Shown here: positions 27,806 to 40,920 of the stretch, in pieces | Numbering within the stretch: the stretch's first letter is position 1 | How the letters are laid out: every line of letters begins with the position of its first letter | DNA from: Squalus acanthias | Lineage: Eukaryota | NCBI GenBank assembly: GCA_030390025.1 | Contig: CM059433.1 | Span: 24,740,001-24,804,000 of the forward strand | Reading direction: 5' to 3' | Length of the DNA: 64,000 nucleotides | Translations under genes and position numbers: made by a program | The notes under the pieces: model-generated | What the model saw: only the letters and a program-made list of their open reading frames with translations | Databases searched by the model: none | What the model was told of the DNA's origin: nothing

Positions 27806-29933
27806 TGAGCATGTTTTGGAGGGAGAAGGTTACTTTTTGACATGATTTCTTGCATTAGATAAATATATTCGAATTGATAAAGGTAGTGAAAGATTGGGAT
27901 AATCTTTTAGGTAAACTTGCCAGTGATATTGATGGTTTTAGTATGAATTTAGATAAGGTTTAGAAGTGCACATATCTAAACAGCAAATAAATTGCTTTGA
28001 ATTTAGTTTTTAGATATTGTGCAGTACCTGGAAGATATTGGGATGGGAGATTTAAAAATGCTGTTGTCTTAATGAACATCAATATTATTTATGTAGCAAA
28101 CACTTTAAGGTCCAACAATAGCTCCAGGACATTGCTGTATTCCTGAGAATGTGACCATTACAACCTAACTCCCCTGTGGACACACCTCCCTTTACTCCAT
28201 GCAATTTTCCATGACAACAGCAAATACAGAGACCAATGTCACCCAATAATGAGAGGACTGGAGTGGGGAATAGAAAATAACTGCCATCACCTGTATTTGC
28301 AACATGATGAGAGGGGGTGGAAATCAAGCGCTCTCACTCCACAAAATGCTGGAGAAACTGCAGCCTAAGAAGTTCTCTATTGCACACTTTCTGGTCATGT
28401 CTCAGTCTTCAGTCCATCTGATCAGAGAACATGGCGACCGTTCAGCCTCACCACCCCTTTGAATCACAACCCTCAACCCCATTTGGCCACTCCCAACAAG
28501 AGAAGGAACAGCTGTTGAGCAACAGAAAGGTGCTGCCACCTGACATCTTCCTCCAGTAAATGTGGATAAAACGTCTGCCAATCTGAGTGATAACACGGGC
28601 GGTACACTGAACTGGGGAAACACCAAGGTGTGCGTCCTCTTTCTGCAGGCCCACTATACTTCTGCATTCTTCACAGCTTGGTCCCTCCCTAAACAAGCGC
28701 ACCACAGGCTGTGGGTTGAATGGAGAGATCCCAGCCCCCCCCATTACTTGCATCAGTATCCCAACAGACTAAACCTCTGTTTTATTCAGGATTGACTATG
28801 ATTCACTGCTACTGAAATGTGAATAGATGTGTCAGTGTGTATCTCTGCAAGTACCATTTATTGTTACCTATAATATACCATTGGTTAACAAGCTTGCAAC
28901 CTTCATTGAATTTGATAACTTTCCTTTTTTAAATAAAGGGAAAGTAGAGTTGTTGCTTACAGAGTCAAACTTTAGAAATACATTGCATAGTTGGAACTGA
29001 TTCTAAGTGGTAGGGACAGATATGAGAAGCAGCATTAAAAATTAGGCCAAATTGATGAAGGAGCATAGTTACAAGCTCAACCTGTGCCCCTCGAGTCAGA
29101 TTAGGTCACCCTAGTCTGTGTTGCATTAGCAGATCTCAGTCAAGATAGCTCAGGAGGGTTGAAGAATCAGCCATGGTTCCCAATACTGATCAGTGTTCAG
29201 TGATTTCCTTCTGGAACGTGCACCTGTCCAGGTGTGATGCCTCCTACGGTTAAATAGCTCACTGACATTCACTGTCTTAAGCTTATGCACGAGGAATGGT
29301 TAAGTTGTGAGTGGCTGCTTTTACTTGTGAAACTGTACTGCAGTAATAGGTGGTGCTTTCAGGAAAGGAGGGAAATTGGTGGGTTTGGGTGGGGGAACTG
29401 GCTTTATACTGTGTGCCAGTACTTGATGTCTCATCTGTGGTGTTAGAGGTATTGGTGTCTTTCTACAAATGTGGTAGATTTATAAAAAGTAACATTTATT
29501 GCAGCTGATCATTGCAAGGAGGTGAATTTATGTTGTGTAGAACTACAGGCCGTTAATGATAATTCATGTGTTAACCATTGATTATTTTCTTTTTCAATGC
29601 CCCATTACACTTAAAAATAAAATAAAAACGCCTACAAAATACAATTTCCTTACTTGTAACGTTTTGGGTTTCAGCTTGTGATGGAGTGTTAACTCGCTGA
29701 AATGTGAATTGTTAATTTTTTTGACTTTGTGAACCACTCAATATTGAGAGAGAGAACACTCCCAAGGTACGACTAATGCTACTTTGTAACCAGTCCTATG
29801 ACACCATATGATTGTGGCTTGCAGTAACTTCCCCACCAATTTTTTACTTGCTTCTCCTTTGTCTTCTTTCCCCCACTGGAAGATTACACTTGGTCATGTC
29901 TCCACTTGTTGCTTCCTCCTGGTACTCCATTGA

Positions 29934-30359
<426 letters not shown>

Positions 30360-30406
30360 TAAATTTTTTAAAAATCTAGTATACTTCCAGCGTTTGTTTT
30401 TATTTA

Positions 30407-30490
30407 TATATATATATATACATACATACATACATACATACATACATACATACATACATACATACATACATACATACATGTATGTATGTA
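30407..30490. repeat. Compound (TA)n(CATA)n microsatellite
   Basis: Read directly; followed by a few inverted TGTA units. Confidence 0.95.
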
Positions 30491-30920
30491 GACCTCCTTC
30501 CCTCCTTCCATTTTACTCAATAATCTGTATCAAAGTCTACACCACTCTTACTGCTTTCCTGCCTGCCCTTGCTTTTTTTGTGGCAATATTGAAAAATATG
30601 AGCAATGCCTTAGATTGGATCAGTAAAATGTCAGGGGAAAAAAGACTGCATTGAATGAATGTATGCCTTTTTAAAAAGAAAATGTTCATGCATAATCCAG
30701 CGGCATCATGTACACAGTGGAAATATTCAGCAAGTGTCACTCAAGCACATGACATCATGTTGCTTGAATTTCATTCCATCTTCAGTGCTGCATAACAATT
30801 GTTTAGCAATGCTTTTGAGTTACTGTCTCGCAATTTCCCTGGTCCATACTTTTTTAAAGTCTTTCAATATGGGTCCTAATTTCTGTACAATGCTGCCATC
30901 TTTGATCAGTAACCTGGAAT

Positions 30921-31530
30921 GTTGTCTTGGCTCAGTTGGTTGCTCTCTCGTCTCTGGGTCAGAAGATTGTCGATACAACCCCCACTTGCTGCACATAATA
31001 TAAGCCAGGAGTGTCAAACACAATGAATATGGTGGACCTGATCCTACATCTTGGCGTGGGCCACATTCAGCAGAAGTTAGTTGGACAAATTGGGGTAGAA
31101 ACTGCTGTGTTTCACCTATTATTTGAGTGTACAATGGGCACAATGTCTACCAATTTCTGGGCGAGGTCCTGCATCAGTGCCACGTTGGTCTTCACTGTTT
31201 TTCTGCCTCCCTGGTGGGTGCCTGAAATCATCATTATACTGAAGGAGCACTGCACTGTCGGAGGATGTCGTCTTTTGGATGAGATGTTAAATCAAGGCCC
31301 TATCTGTTCACGCTGTCCATGATGATATTTATCCCTCAAACATCATCACTAAAACAGATTATCTGGTCATTTATTTCATGGCTGTTGGTGTGACTTTGCC
31401 GTGTGCAAATTGGTTGCCACATTAGCCTACATTACAACAGTGACTACACTTCAGAAATATTTCATTGGCTGTGAAGTACTTTGAGACGTCCTCTGAACAT
31501 GAAAGGTACTACATAAATTCCCTCCTTCCT
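30921..31530 (+). mobile_element. tRNA-derived DeuSINE/SacSINE1-like element with L2 tail, interrupted at about 31010-31235
   Basis: A-box-like tggctcagttgg head; Deu-domain-like ctgcactgtcggaggatgtcgtcttttggatgagatgttaaa; aaacagattatctggtcatt; L2-type tail; homologous to 59130-59495. Confidence 0.75.
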
Positions 31531-31544
31531 TTTTTTAAAATTTG

Positions 31545-32270
31545 TTTGAGATGTGAGCGTCGCTGGCAAGGCCAGCATTTATTGCCCATCCCTAACTGCC
31601 CTTGAGAAGGTGGTGGTGATCCGCCTTCTTGAACCGCTGCAGTCCGTGTGGTGGAGGTACTCCCACAGTGCTGTTAGTTCCAGGAGTTCCAGGATTTTGA
31701 CCCAGCGACGATGAAGGATCGGTGATATACTTCTAAGTCAGGATGGTGTGTGACTTGGAGGGGATCTTGGAGGTGGTGGTGTTCCCATGCGCCTGCTGCC
31801 CTTGTCCTTCTAGGTGGAAGAGGTCGTGGGTTTGGGAGGTGCTGTCGAAGGAGGCTTGGCGAGTTGCTGTAGTGCATCTTGTAGATGGTAGACACTGCAG
31901 CCACAGTACGCCAGTGGTGGAGGGAGTGAATGTTTAAGGTGGTGGATGGGGTGCCAATCAAGCAGGCTGCTTTGTCCTGGATGGTGTCGAGCTTCTTGAG
32001 TGTTGTTGGAGCTGCACTCATCCAGGCAACTGGAGAGTATTCCATCGCACTCCTTACTTGTGCCTTGTAGATGGTGAAAGGCTTTGGGGAGTCAGGAGGT
32101 GAGACACTCGCCGCAGAATACCTAGCCTCTGACCTGCTCTTGTTGCCACAGTATTTATGTGGCTGGTCCAGTTAAGTTTCTGGCCAATGCTGACCCCCAG
32201 GATATTGATGGTGGGGGATTTGGTGATGCGAATGCCATTGAATGTCAAGGGGAGGTGGTTAGACTCTCAC
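31545..32270 (-). mobile_element. LINE family Z 3' part
   Basis: ORF 31674..32045 nearly identical to ORF 25886..26233 on the opposite strand. Confidence 0.92.
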
Positions 32271-33085
32271 TTCCTTCCCTCCTTCCTTCTCTTTCTCTCC
32301 CGCCTTCCTTAAAAGCTGGCTTCTGGGAGGTTTGTGACTCGTCTTTGGCAATGACCCCATAAAATTTCTTCTCCATTTCGCTGTGGGCAAGAGCGTTGAT
32401 TCCACATGGAACCTCAGTGGCCTGGCTGAGGTTCAGAATTCACTTGTGTTGGGAATGATGGCTGCAACCCAATATCCTGAAAGTATGAGATGAAAATGTG
32501 CTGAGCTCTTATACTCCAGCATGTATGAAAACTTTTCATCGTACTTCATACTGGCTTCAAGTCATTAATATGTGGAAGGGAACTTTAGCAAAGCACAGCA
32601 GCCTACTGCATCCTCAATCAGTAACCTTATCTTTTTGGGAATCGCGATGAATTCAATTTTATTTTCTGCTGAAATTCATTTAAAGTGGGCAAATAAGCAA
32701 ATGCACCAGGGGATGGGAAGGAAAGGTTACTTTGAAGTTCAATTTTTTTTGCAGTTTTGTTTGCTTATGTTAAGCAATTTGAATACCAGACATGCAGACC
32801 ATCAGCTACCTTATCTTTATGTAATCTGAGCACATCCCTGGTATGTTGCTATTTGCACCCTGTTCCATCATAGTTTTCAATTCTAGTTTCCCTCACACCC
32901 ATAACAGTGGATTCAGCCAATGTGACTAGAAGTGATTAAATGAATATTGACTTGTAAGGTGCACCTCATCCATCAACTTAAACATCCACTCCCTCCACCA
33001 CCAGCATACCGTGGCTGCAGCAACTTACAAGGCTTCTTCTGGAACATCTCCCAAACCCACGACCTCCACTACCTAGAAGGACAAG

Positions 33086-33286
33086 TGTGAGAAGTCGCAC
33101 AACACCAGGTTATAGTCCAACAGCTTTATTTGAAATCACAAGCTTTCGGAGCGCTGCTCCTTCGTCAGATGAAGGAGCAGCGCTCCGAAAGCTTGTGATT
33201 TCAAATAAAGCTGTTGGACTATAACCTGGTGTTGTGCGACTTCTCACATTTGTCCACCCCAGTCCAACACCGGCATCTCCACATCA
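33086..33286. mobile_element. Palindromic Penelope-type short insertion, family B
   Basis: Perfect 78-bp inverted arms 33086-33163 and 33171-33248 plus 38-bp one-sided extension; 12-bp TSD TAGAAGGACAAG at 33074-33085 and 33287-33298. Penelope origin inferred from architecture and ribozyme core. Confidence 0.85.
33136..33172 (-). ncRNA. Putative minimal type I hammerhead ribozyme motif
   Basis: Minus strand UCAU-CUGACGA-A-GGAGC agc GCUCC-GAAA-GC-UU-GUGA: core boxes, 5-bp stem II, palindromic AAGCUU, stem I UCAU/GUGA. Confidence 0.65.
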
Positions 33287-33443
33287 TAGAAGGACAAGGG
33301 CAGCAGGCGCATGGGAACACCACCACCTCCAAGTTGCACAACATCCTGACATGGACATATATCGCCATTCCTTCACAGTTACTGGGTCAAAATCCTGGAG
33401 CTCTACCTAACAGCATTGTAGGAGTACCTTCACCGCAAAGACT

Positions 33444-35440
33444 TCTTAGGCAGTCCCTCGGAACCGAGGATGACTTGCTTCCACACTAAAAATGAGTTCT
33501 CAGGTGACTGATGAGTCCAATGCGGGACCTACAGTCTCTTTCACAGGTGGGGCAGTCGGTGGTTGAAGGGACGGGTGGGTGGGGTGCTTGGGTTGATGTG
33601 CGATCTTTGCGCTTGGCTTCTGCTTGCTCCCGGCGAAGAGACTCGAGGTGTTTGGCGTCTTCCTGGATGCTTCTCCTCCACTTTGTGCGGTCTTGGGCCT
33701 GGGATTCCCAAGTGTCGGTGGGGATGTTGCACTTTTTCAAGGAGGCTTTGAGGGTGCCCTTGAAGCGTTTCCTCTGCCCACCTGGGGCTCTCTTGCCGTG
33801 TCAGAGCTCCGAGTAGAGCGCTTGCTTTGGGAGTCTCGTATCAGATATGCGGACGATGTGGCCCGTCCATCGGAGCTCATCGAGCGTGGTCAAAGCTTCG
33901 ATGCTGGGGATGTCGTCCTAAGCGAGAACACTGACGTTGGTGCGCCTATCCTGCCAATGGATTTGCAGGATCTTGCGGAGGTAGCGTTGGTGGTACCTCT
34001 CCAGTGCTTTGAGGTGCCTGCTGTACATGGTCCATGTCTCTGAAGCATACAGGAGGGCAGGTATCACTACTGCTCTGTAGACCATGAGCTTGGTGCTGGG
34101 TTTGAGGTCCTGGTCTTCAAACACTCCTCTTCCTCAGGCAACCGAAGGCTGCACTCGCACACTGAAGGCTGTGTTGAACTTTGGCAACGACGTCTGCCCT
34201 TGTTGACAGTAGGCTCCCGAGGTATGGAAAGTGGTCCACGTTGTCCAAGGCTTTGTCATGGATTTTGATAATCGGGGAGCAGTACTGTGTGGTGGGGGCA
34301 GGTTGGTAGAGGACCTTTGTCTTACGGATGTTTAGTGTAAGGCCCATGCTCTCGTACGCTTCAGTGAAGGTGTGGACGATGGTTTGGAGTTTGACCTCCG
34401 AGTGTGCGCAGACGCAAGCGTCGTCTGCATACTGTAATTCGATGACCGAGGAAGGGACGACCTTGGATCTGGACTGGAGGCGACGGAGGTTGAACAGTTT
34501 CCCGTTTGTTCTGTAGATTAGCTCCACTCCAGCGGGGAGCTTACCGAGGGTGAGATGGAGCATTGCAGCCAGCAAGATCGAGAAGAGCGTTGGTGCGATG
34601 ACACAGCCTTGCTTGACCCCCGTCCGTACGTGAATTGGGTCTGTGGTGGATCCGTTGGTCAGAATCACGGCTTGCATGTAGTCGTGAAGCAGGCGGAGGA
34701 TGGTGACAAACTTTTGAGGGCAGCCGAATTTGAGGAGGACACTCCATAATCCCTCATGGTTGACAGTGTCGAAGGCCTTTGTGAGATCAAAGAAGGCCAT
34801 GTACAGCGGTTGGTGCTGTTCCCTGCATTTCTCTCGTAGTTGACGCACGGTGAAGATCATGTCCATTGTGCCCCTTAGTGGGCGGAATCTGCTTTGCGAC
34901 TCTGGGAGGAGCTCTTCAGCCACTGGGAGAAGGCGATTGAGGAGGATTCTTGCGATGACTTTCCCTGTGGCAGACAGCCGGGAGACTCCTTTGTAATTAC
35001 TGCAATCGCACTTGTCACCTTTCTTGGAGATGATCACGATTACGGCGTCTGAGATCCCCTGGCATACTGTCCTCCTTCCAAATAAGAGAAATTAATTAAT
35101 GTATTCGCGCCAATAGTGCTTCTCCGTCATGTTTTAGCGCCTCGGCGGGGATTCCATCTGCTCCTGAGGCCTTGTTGTTCTTCAGTTGTCGGATGGCCTT
35201 TTCAACCTCATGGGGTTGTGCTGAGGTGGTGGTGGGTAGCATGCTGCGGGATGGAGTTGAGGACACTCGTGTCGAAGACAGAGTCTCGGTTAAGGAGATC
35301 TTCGAAGTGCTCCTTCCAGCGGGCACTGACTGCCTCTCTGTCCTTGATGAGTACCTGTCCATTCTTGGCCCGCAGTGGGGTAGGACCTTGGGTGCTTGGG
35401 CCGTAGGTGGTCTTGACTGCGCTAAAGAATCCACGCACGT
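33444..35440 (-). mobile_element. RTE-clade (BovB-like) LINE, 5'-truncated
   Basis: 306-aa ORF 34117..35037 with LPESQ, FDLTKAFDTV, GVKQGCVIAPTLF, QYADD, FPYLGS; C-terminal CPTCERDCRSRIGLISHLRTH; 8-bp TSD CAAAGACT at 33436-33443 and 35441-35448. Confidence 0.93.
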
Positions 35441-37261
35441 CAAAGACTACAGCGGTTCAAGAAGACGACTCACCACCACATTCTTGAGGGCAACTTGGGA
35501 TGGGTAATAAATGCCGGCTTTGCCAGCGATACCCATAACTCGAGCATGAATTAAAAAATAAAGCATTCCCTGCCAGTGCTATTTCCATTTCTGTCCGACT
35601 TGAATCTTTCTATTTAGCTTGCAATTTCTTAATTATTGCACTGAACTGTGTCTCCAACCTAGTTGCTGCTAGTCTATTTATATTTACTATGATTGGATGA
35701 TATTCCTTGTAACATTTTGGGATTTTTTATGTTTTTCTTTGAGGAAAGGATTTTGGCATTAGGATATGTTCAAGGGTTGTATTTTAAAACAAAATGAATT
35801 TGCATAGGGCTAGATGTAAAAGCCACAGGCTGGAGAATGTATATTAAAGTCAGACAAACCAGTATGTTCAGGGGCATTAAGCAATTAGTCATCTTGTCTC
35901 GGGTGACTAAATAAATACTCACCTCCATCGTGGTGAGATGATTCTATTCATGTGGACACGTCATCATGTGTCTGTGGAGGATATACTCCTGCAAGAGGCA
36001 ATAGTAAATTTGGGTCATGAGCCTGCTAGTGAATACTTGCCATGGAAGACATTGTGGACATTGCTCCTTCCTGGGGCCATAATTAAGAGAGAAGAGGGAC
36101 ATGGCAGCAATGGGGTTTTGAACAGTCAGTTTTTGCAGTTAGAAGTTGCTTGAAATAAAAGTGATGCTTAAAAACAAGCAAGTCAGCCCATGGAAAGGAC
36201 AGGGCATGTGGCTTATTATTTCCCCCCCATGTTTTCAATGAGAGAAGGGAGATGGAACTAAGTAAGTGCAGTGTTTTAGACTGCTAGTCTGTATGTCACT
36301 TTCTGTCTGTGAAATAAAGCAGCTTGACTATTTGTATCTGGCCTGGTCTTACTGAGTGTTTCAGTCTACTCTCTCAAAGTTTGGAGAAATGCACATGTGG
36401 GCATGTTTGAAAGACAACATAACCAGTTTGTATCAGAAGCGGGGTCCTATTGTTGCAGCCTTGGCTTGAGCTAGGAATAGTTGAGCAGTCCTGGCACACT
36501 CCTGAATGTAAGGTGCTTAGCCCACTTACGGGAGTGACGAGCACCACTGTAACCAAGAGAATATCTAAGGCAGACCCTGCACTTGTAACCCACCCCCATG
36601 TGACTTACTCTAAGGCTGATTCTCCCAAACGTGTCTTCCAGGTATCTTCTTTTTCAGTGAATGGAATCCTTGTCTCTGCTCACCAAATGTGGAATTTTAC
36701 AAGTACCAGCCAGTTTTTTTAGCTATTCTTGCAAAAAGACAAATTCATCTCCTTGAACAAAAACACTGGCTGTAAATTGCAAGTCTATGAGGCTTCCCAA
36801 TCCACGAACTGAAAATTAAATAAACAAGTCGTACTGTGGCTCCTAGCCCGTTCATCTTTTCTCACTGGTTTAATTTATGTGCTGGCTACATGGTTCTCCA
36901 ATCTATAAATATTAAATTTAATGCCCTAATCACGTAAGGCAGACATGTAAATAAATACTTGATTAAGTTTGCCCAACTGCATGACCCACAGGTTGAAAAT
37001 TAAATAGATAAATGGTTGTGCTGTCGGTTTCAACTGGTAAATCAACTCTTGCAGATTTAATTCATATGGTGGCTGCATGGTTTGCTTAATACTTACTGTG
37101 TGCAGTGACATGGAAATACTTAATTAATTCAGTGCGAGTCCCTGACCTGGCCCAAAAAACAAATATTTCTGGGACGTATACAGTTATTGATGACATTTTG
37201 GAGTTTCAATTAATTTGTTTTATGGAAAATATAAATATTTGCTTTTCTGCATATTATGATG

Positions 37262-37800
37262 TTTGTTTTTTCAAGTAACATTGCGCACTATTTTCTCTCC
37301 CTTTGGTTTTTTTTAAAGTCCCAATTGTGCACTTTGTTTCCTTTCTCCACTTATTTTCTTTCAAGCATCATATGCTTTTTCTTTCTCCGTGCTTTGTAAG
37401 CTCTACTTTGTGCCTGTATAAGCGCCATTGTGTACTTTCAATCCCTACTCTCTCCCCTTTTTGTTTCAAGGTCTATTGTGTACTTTTTTCTTGCCCTGCT
37501 CTTTCTTTCAACCCTGTTTGCTTTTTTCTTTCCCCACTTTCTCTCTCTCTCTCTCTCTCTCTTCCCACACTGTTTATCAAGGCTCATTTTTTCCCCCTGT
37601 TTTTATGCCCCATTTTGTGCACTTAAATAGGTTTGTTCCCCATTGTCTTTTTTAAAAAAATACTCTTTATTTAGTTTGGATTTTGATTTTGCTCTCTTTC
37701 TTTAGTATACTGTGTACAGTCCCTGTGTTTGTTTTGGTTCGTGTCTGTGGTAGTTACTTTTTTTCTTCCTCTTTTAATTCTCATCCTCTTCTCTTCTCCC
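37262..37800 (+). repeat. Pyrimidine-rich degenerate tandem repeat / extended polypyrimidine region
   Basis: Recurring TTTCAAG..CATTGTG(C/T)ACTTT..CTCTCCC units and a (CT)n run at about 37540-37561. Confidence 0.65.
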
Positions 37801-37819
37801 AACCCCAACGGCCCCTTAG

Positions 37820-37848
37820 GCCAAGAAACCAGTGTTTGTTTATGTTGA
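37820..37848 (+). CDS. Candidate alternative terminal exon of LRRC1 (GQETSVCLC-stop)
   Basis: Long pyrimidine tract then ccccttag; in the phase left by the exon ending 30249 it reads G-Q-E-T-S-V-C-L-C-TGA-TAA; AATAAA at 38088-38093. No transcript evidence. Confidence 0.3.
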
Positions 37849-38135
37849 TAAATGCAGCTAAATATTTGCCCTGTGGAATGCAAGAAGCGAGCTTAATTTA
37901 AGTTTTGCAATTCGAGGATAATTATGTCCTTTGCTTTCAAAACAGTTGCTTTTAAAACTGTGGAACATTTGAACAAAATAATAAGTGAAATTGTGTAAAC
38001 GTGTCCTCTAACATAAAAGTCCAGTTACATTTGGATAACAGTCAAGGACTAGTCATACTGGCTCTGCTCTTCTGACTTGAGTTAAGCAATAAATTTGATA
38101 GTTAAGCTGGATTCCTTTCTGATTTAAAATATATT

Positions 38136-38910
38136 GGCCTGGAATTTGTGGTCAGTGGCAAAGCAAAGGCGTTTGCCGGTGGGCCCGGAGGAAGCTGCCC
38201 ACAAAGATCTTGCGACCTCTGTGGCGAGAAGTTTGCCTTTTTTGATGTGCAAGTGATTTCTGTGAAATATAATGGGGAATCCCTAAAGCGCTCTGCTGTG
38301 ACGTCAACAAGCTGTCTAAGCAGCCAATCACAATGCAGAATTCTCACAGACCGGGAACCAGGAAGTGAAGAAGCTCCTTTTATTCTGACTTTTTAAAAAT
38401 GTTACGGAGAGCAAAACAAAGATTGGGGCGCTCTCATGGGGAAAAGGTAAACCTGAAATAAATATGAGCAAACTTATAAAAAAATCGATTTTTTTTTTAA
38501 AGTTTCTTAAAAATTGTAATTTTTATCCTATTGGAGAAATTTGACACTCCACAAAATTAAAACTAGTTTTTCAGGGCCATAACACTTTTTTTTAGCAGTC
38601 AATACGATGTTGAAACCCCAGTTACGCCTAATCCAACAAGGCCTAACTTTTAATGGGGTATTTAACAACGATATTACTGCGGAAAAGCCCAGGCTTTTTG
38701 TCATTTTCACAGATTGCTCTGATTACACCGCTGGCTCGGGGGAGTGGTGGTGTGGCACAGCGCATCCAGTGTCTGAGCAGTGAATGACTGACCAGAATTT
38801 CCACATTGAGATGTGCATGCGCTACATCCTGAAGTTGCGGTCAGTTTCAAAGGGGTAATAACGGCGAACGCTGTTAGTTCGCCATTATTATCCACCGCAA
38901 CTTCCGGCCC
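38136..38910. mobile_element. PIF/Harbinger-type MITE
   Basis: Imperfect TIRs GGCCTGGAATTTGTGGT / GGGCCGGAAGTTGCGGT; flanks ATT/GTT; interior shares ccaatca..aaccaggaagtg..ttttcagggcca with 41878-42625. Confidence 0.78.
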
Positions 38911-39179
38911 GTTACAATCTGTTTTGAAATCCGTTATTAACTGACAAGCATGTGAAAAGTAGTGGAGAAAGCAACAAATCAAGTCAGAAACGGATGCTCA
39001 GTGGCAACTTAAAATTGGAAAAAGTTCTAATGTAACCTTTAGAGTATTGAAAGGCTTTTTTCATAAAGAAAAATGTTTAAAGAATTTTTCCTTTTGAGTA
39101 CAGAATTGTCTTTTTTTTAAAGCAGGGCAACTTTTAAATAATTTTAATTAGTAAATGTTGAGAAAATGCAAGTTTCTGA

Positions 39180-39416
<237 letters not shown>

Positions 39417-39664
39417 TAGAAGGCGAAACAAATGGTGTTTTCCATAAGCCTTAACTCTTCCAACCCGTAGCAAAATTCATTGTTTTTTTTAATGGTTTGG
39501 AGTAGCAGCTTTTAACATTCACACTTAAGCTACATAGTGCATCACAATTTACCTAAAGAAAGTTCAACATGTAAATGAGTGATTATTTTGTGGTATAAAT
39601 GATTATAGTCCTAAACCCACCTTCCCCCCCCCCCCCACCAAAAAGTGATCTTTTTACAGTGGGC

Positions 39665-40920
39665 TAAAAAAGGACCGTTCCTGTTTGGATTACTTCACCA
39701 AGACCTCTGTCTAGGAATGAAGCCAAATGCTGCCGGATGAACCCCACTGCCCACCCTTTCCAGATTCCCTGGAAAAGGTCAGCCAGAGCCCAGAAACATC
39801 CAGTAATATCACTAACTCTGACAGCCTGGAACGATGGATAGTCCACACTTGAAGAGGCCCAGAGGCCCGCCAACCTGTCTCTACTATTGTGTGCCCAGTG
39901 CCTTCTGGAGGTTCTTGCTGCAAGTGCCTTGAAGACATGTCTGAAATGGGCAGTGCTAAATAATGTCTTTCTAACAGCTGACTGACAAATTCCACCTCTC
40001 CCAACAGCAGTGCTATTGCTGTGCCCAAATCCCACGCTACATCTGAGACCAGGCGGTTCTACCTAAAATCTGGTGCAAGCCAGCCCGATTTGAACTGGCC
40101 ACCGTGCAGTGTTGAACACTCCCTCAAACTGCCTTTGCTCAATATTGTTTTCTGTGCCATTAGATAAGACGGGAAGCAAGTGTTCAACTGAGGACTGTGG
40201 CCTGGGTCACCGGCTCTCATTGGAGCAGAAGGAGGGAAATATGGAAGCTGGTTGTTACTATCTCTATCAGCAGCAGGTTGAAAGGGGAATGGTGCTAAAT
40301 TCCTAACCTTGCCCCACACAAACTCTGTAAATTCTCCTGGACCTTGTCAAATGAGTGGTGTCAGGACTGTGCACTTCAGGGCACATTCTGGTCCTGCCCC
40401 TGGCTCCAGCCATTTTGACTGGAGCTTTTGGAGGTAACCTTAGCCATGACCAATCTTACAAACCACTAGATCTGACTCCATATCTACTTGGCTTACTGCC
40501 AGTAGAACAAGGAAACCGCTACCACTTGCATGTTCACCCAGCTCTCACTCCAGGCAGCAAGAAAGTGCATCACTTCACTTTGACGCAGCCCAAGCCAACC
40601 CCCACCCCCCACCAAACAAAAGTGGACAAAGAACCCTTGGAGCAAGCAGAGCAATAATGCACAGACGACCGCTGGAGCTAGGAAAACAGCTTGAGCCACC
40701 ACAACTAAAAGACCTACACCAACCTGTGAATGGAGAGTTCCCTGCCACCTTTACATTCTGGTCACCATTATGGCCAGGACCCCCTCATTCGTTTGCTCCT
40801 CCCCACCACAGAATAGTAGGAAAGGTCCTGACCCTGCCAGCTCGTAACCCTGTGCATGTGTGCAGATCTGTACAAGACCCTCAATGTATGTACCTGCAGG
40901 TACCATCAAACCTAATGTAG
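39665..40920 (-). mobile_element. Possible very old L1/Tx1-like LINE relic
   Basis: GC-richer island with broken minus-strand frames vaguely resembling the post-RT region (..RELSI..HF..GG..EVMH..); no clean motif. Confidence 0.3.

Larger units (their letters stand above)
32960..35560 (+). mobile_element. LINE family Z 3' fragment split by two younger insertions (host pieces 32960-33085, 33287-33443, 35441-35560)
   Basis: Host sequence is colinear with 25975-26372 once both inserts are removed. Confidence 0.85.

Noticed and set aside
29100..29390. Possible old SINE
   Set aside because: Looks repeat-like but no second copy or diagnostic motif in the window.
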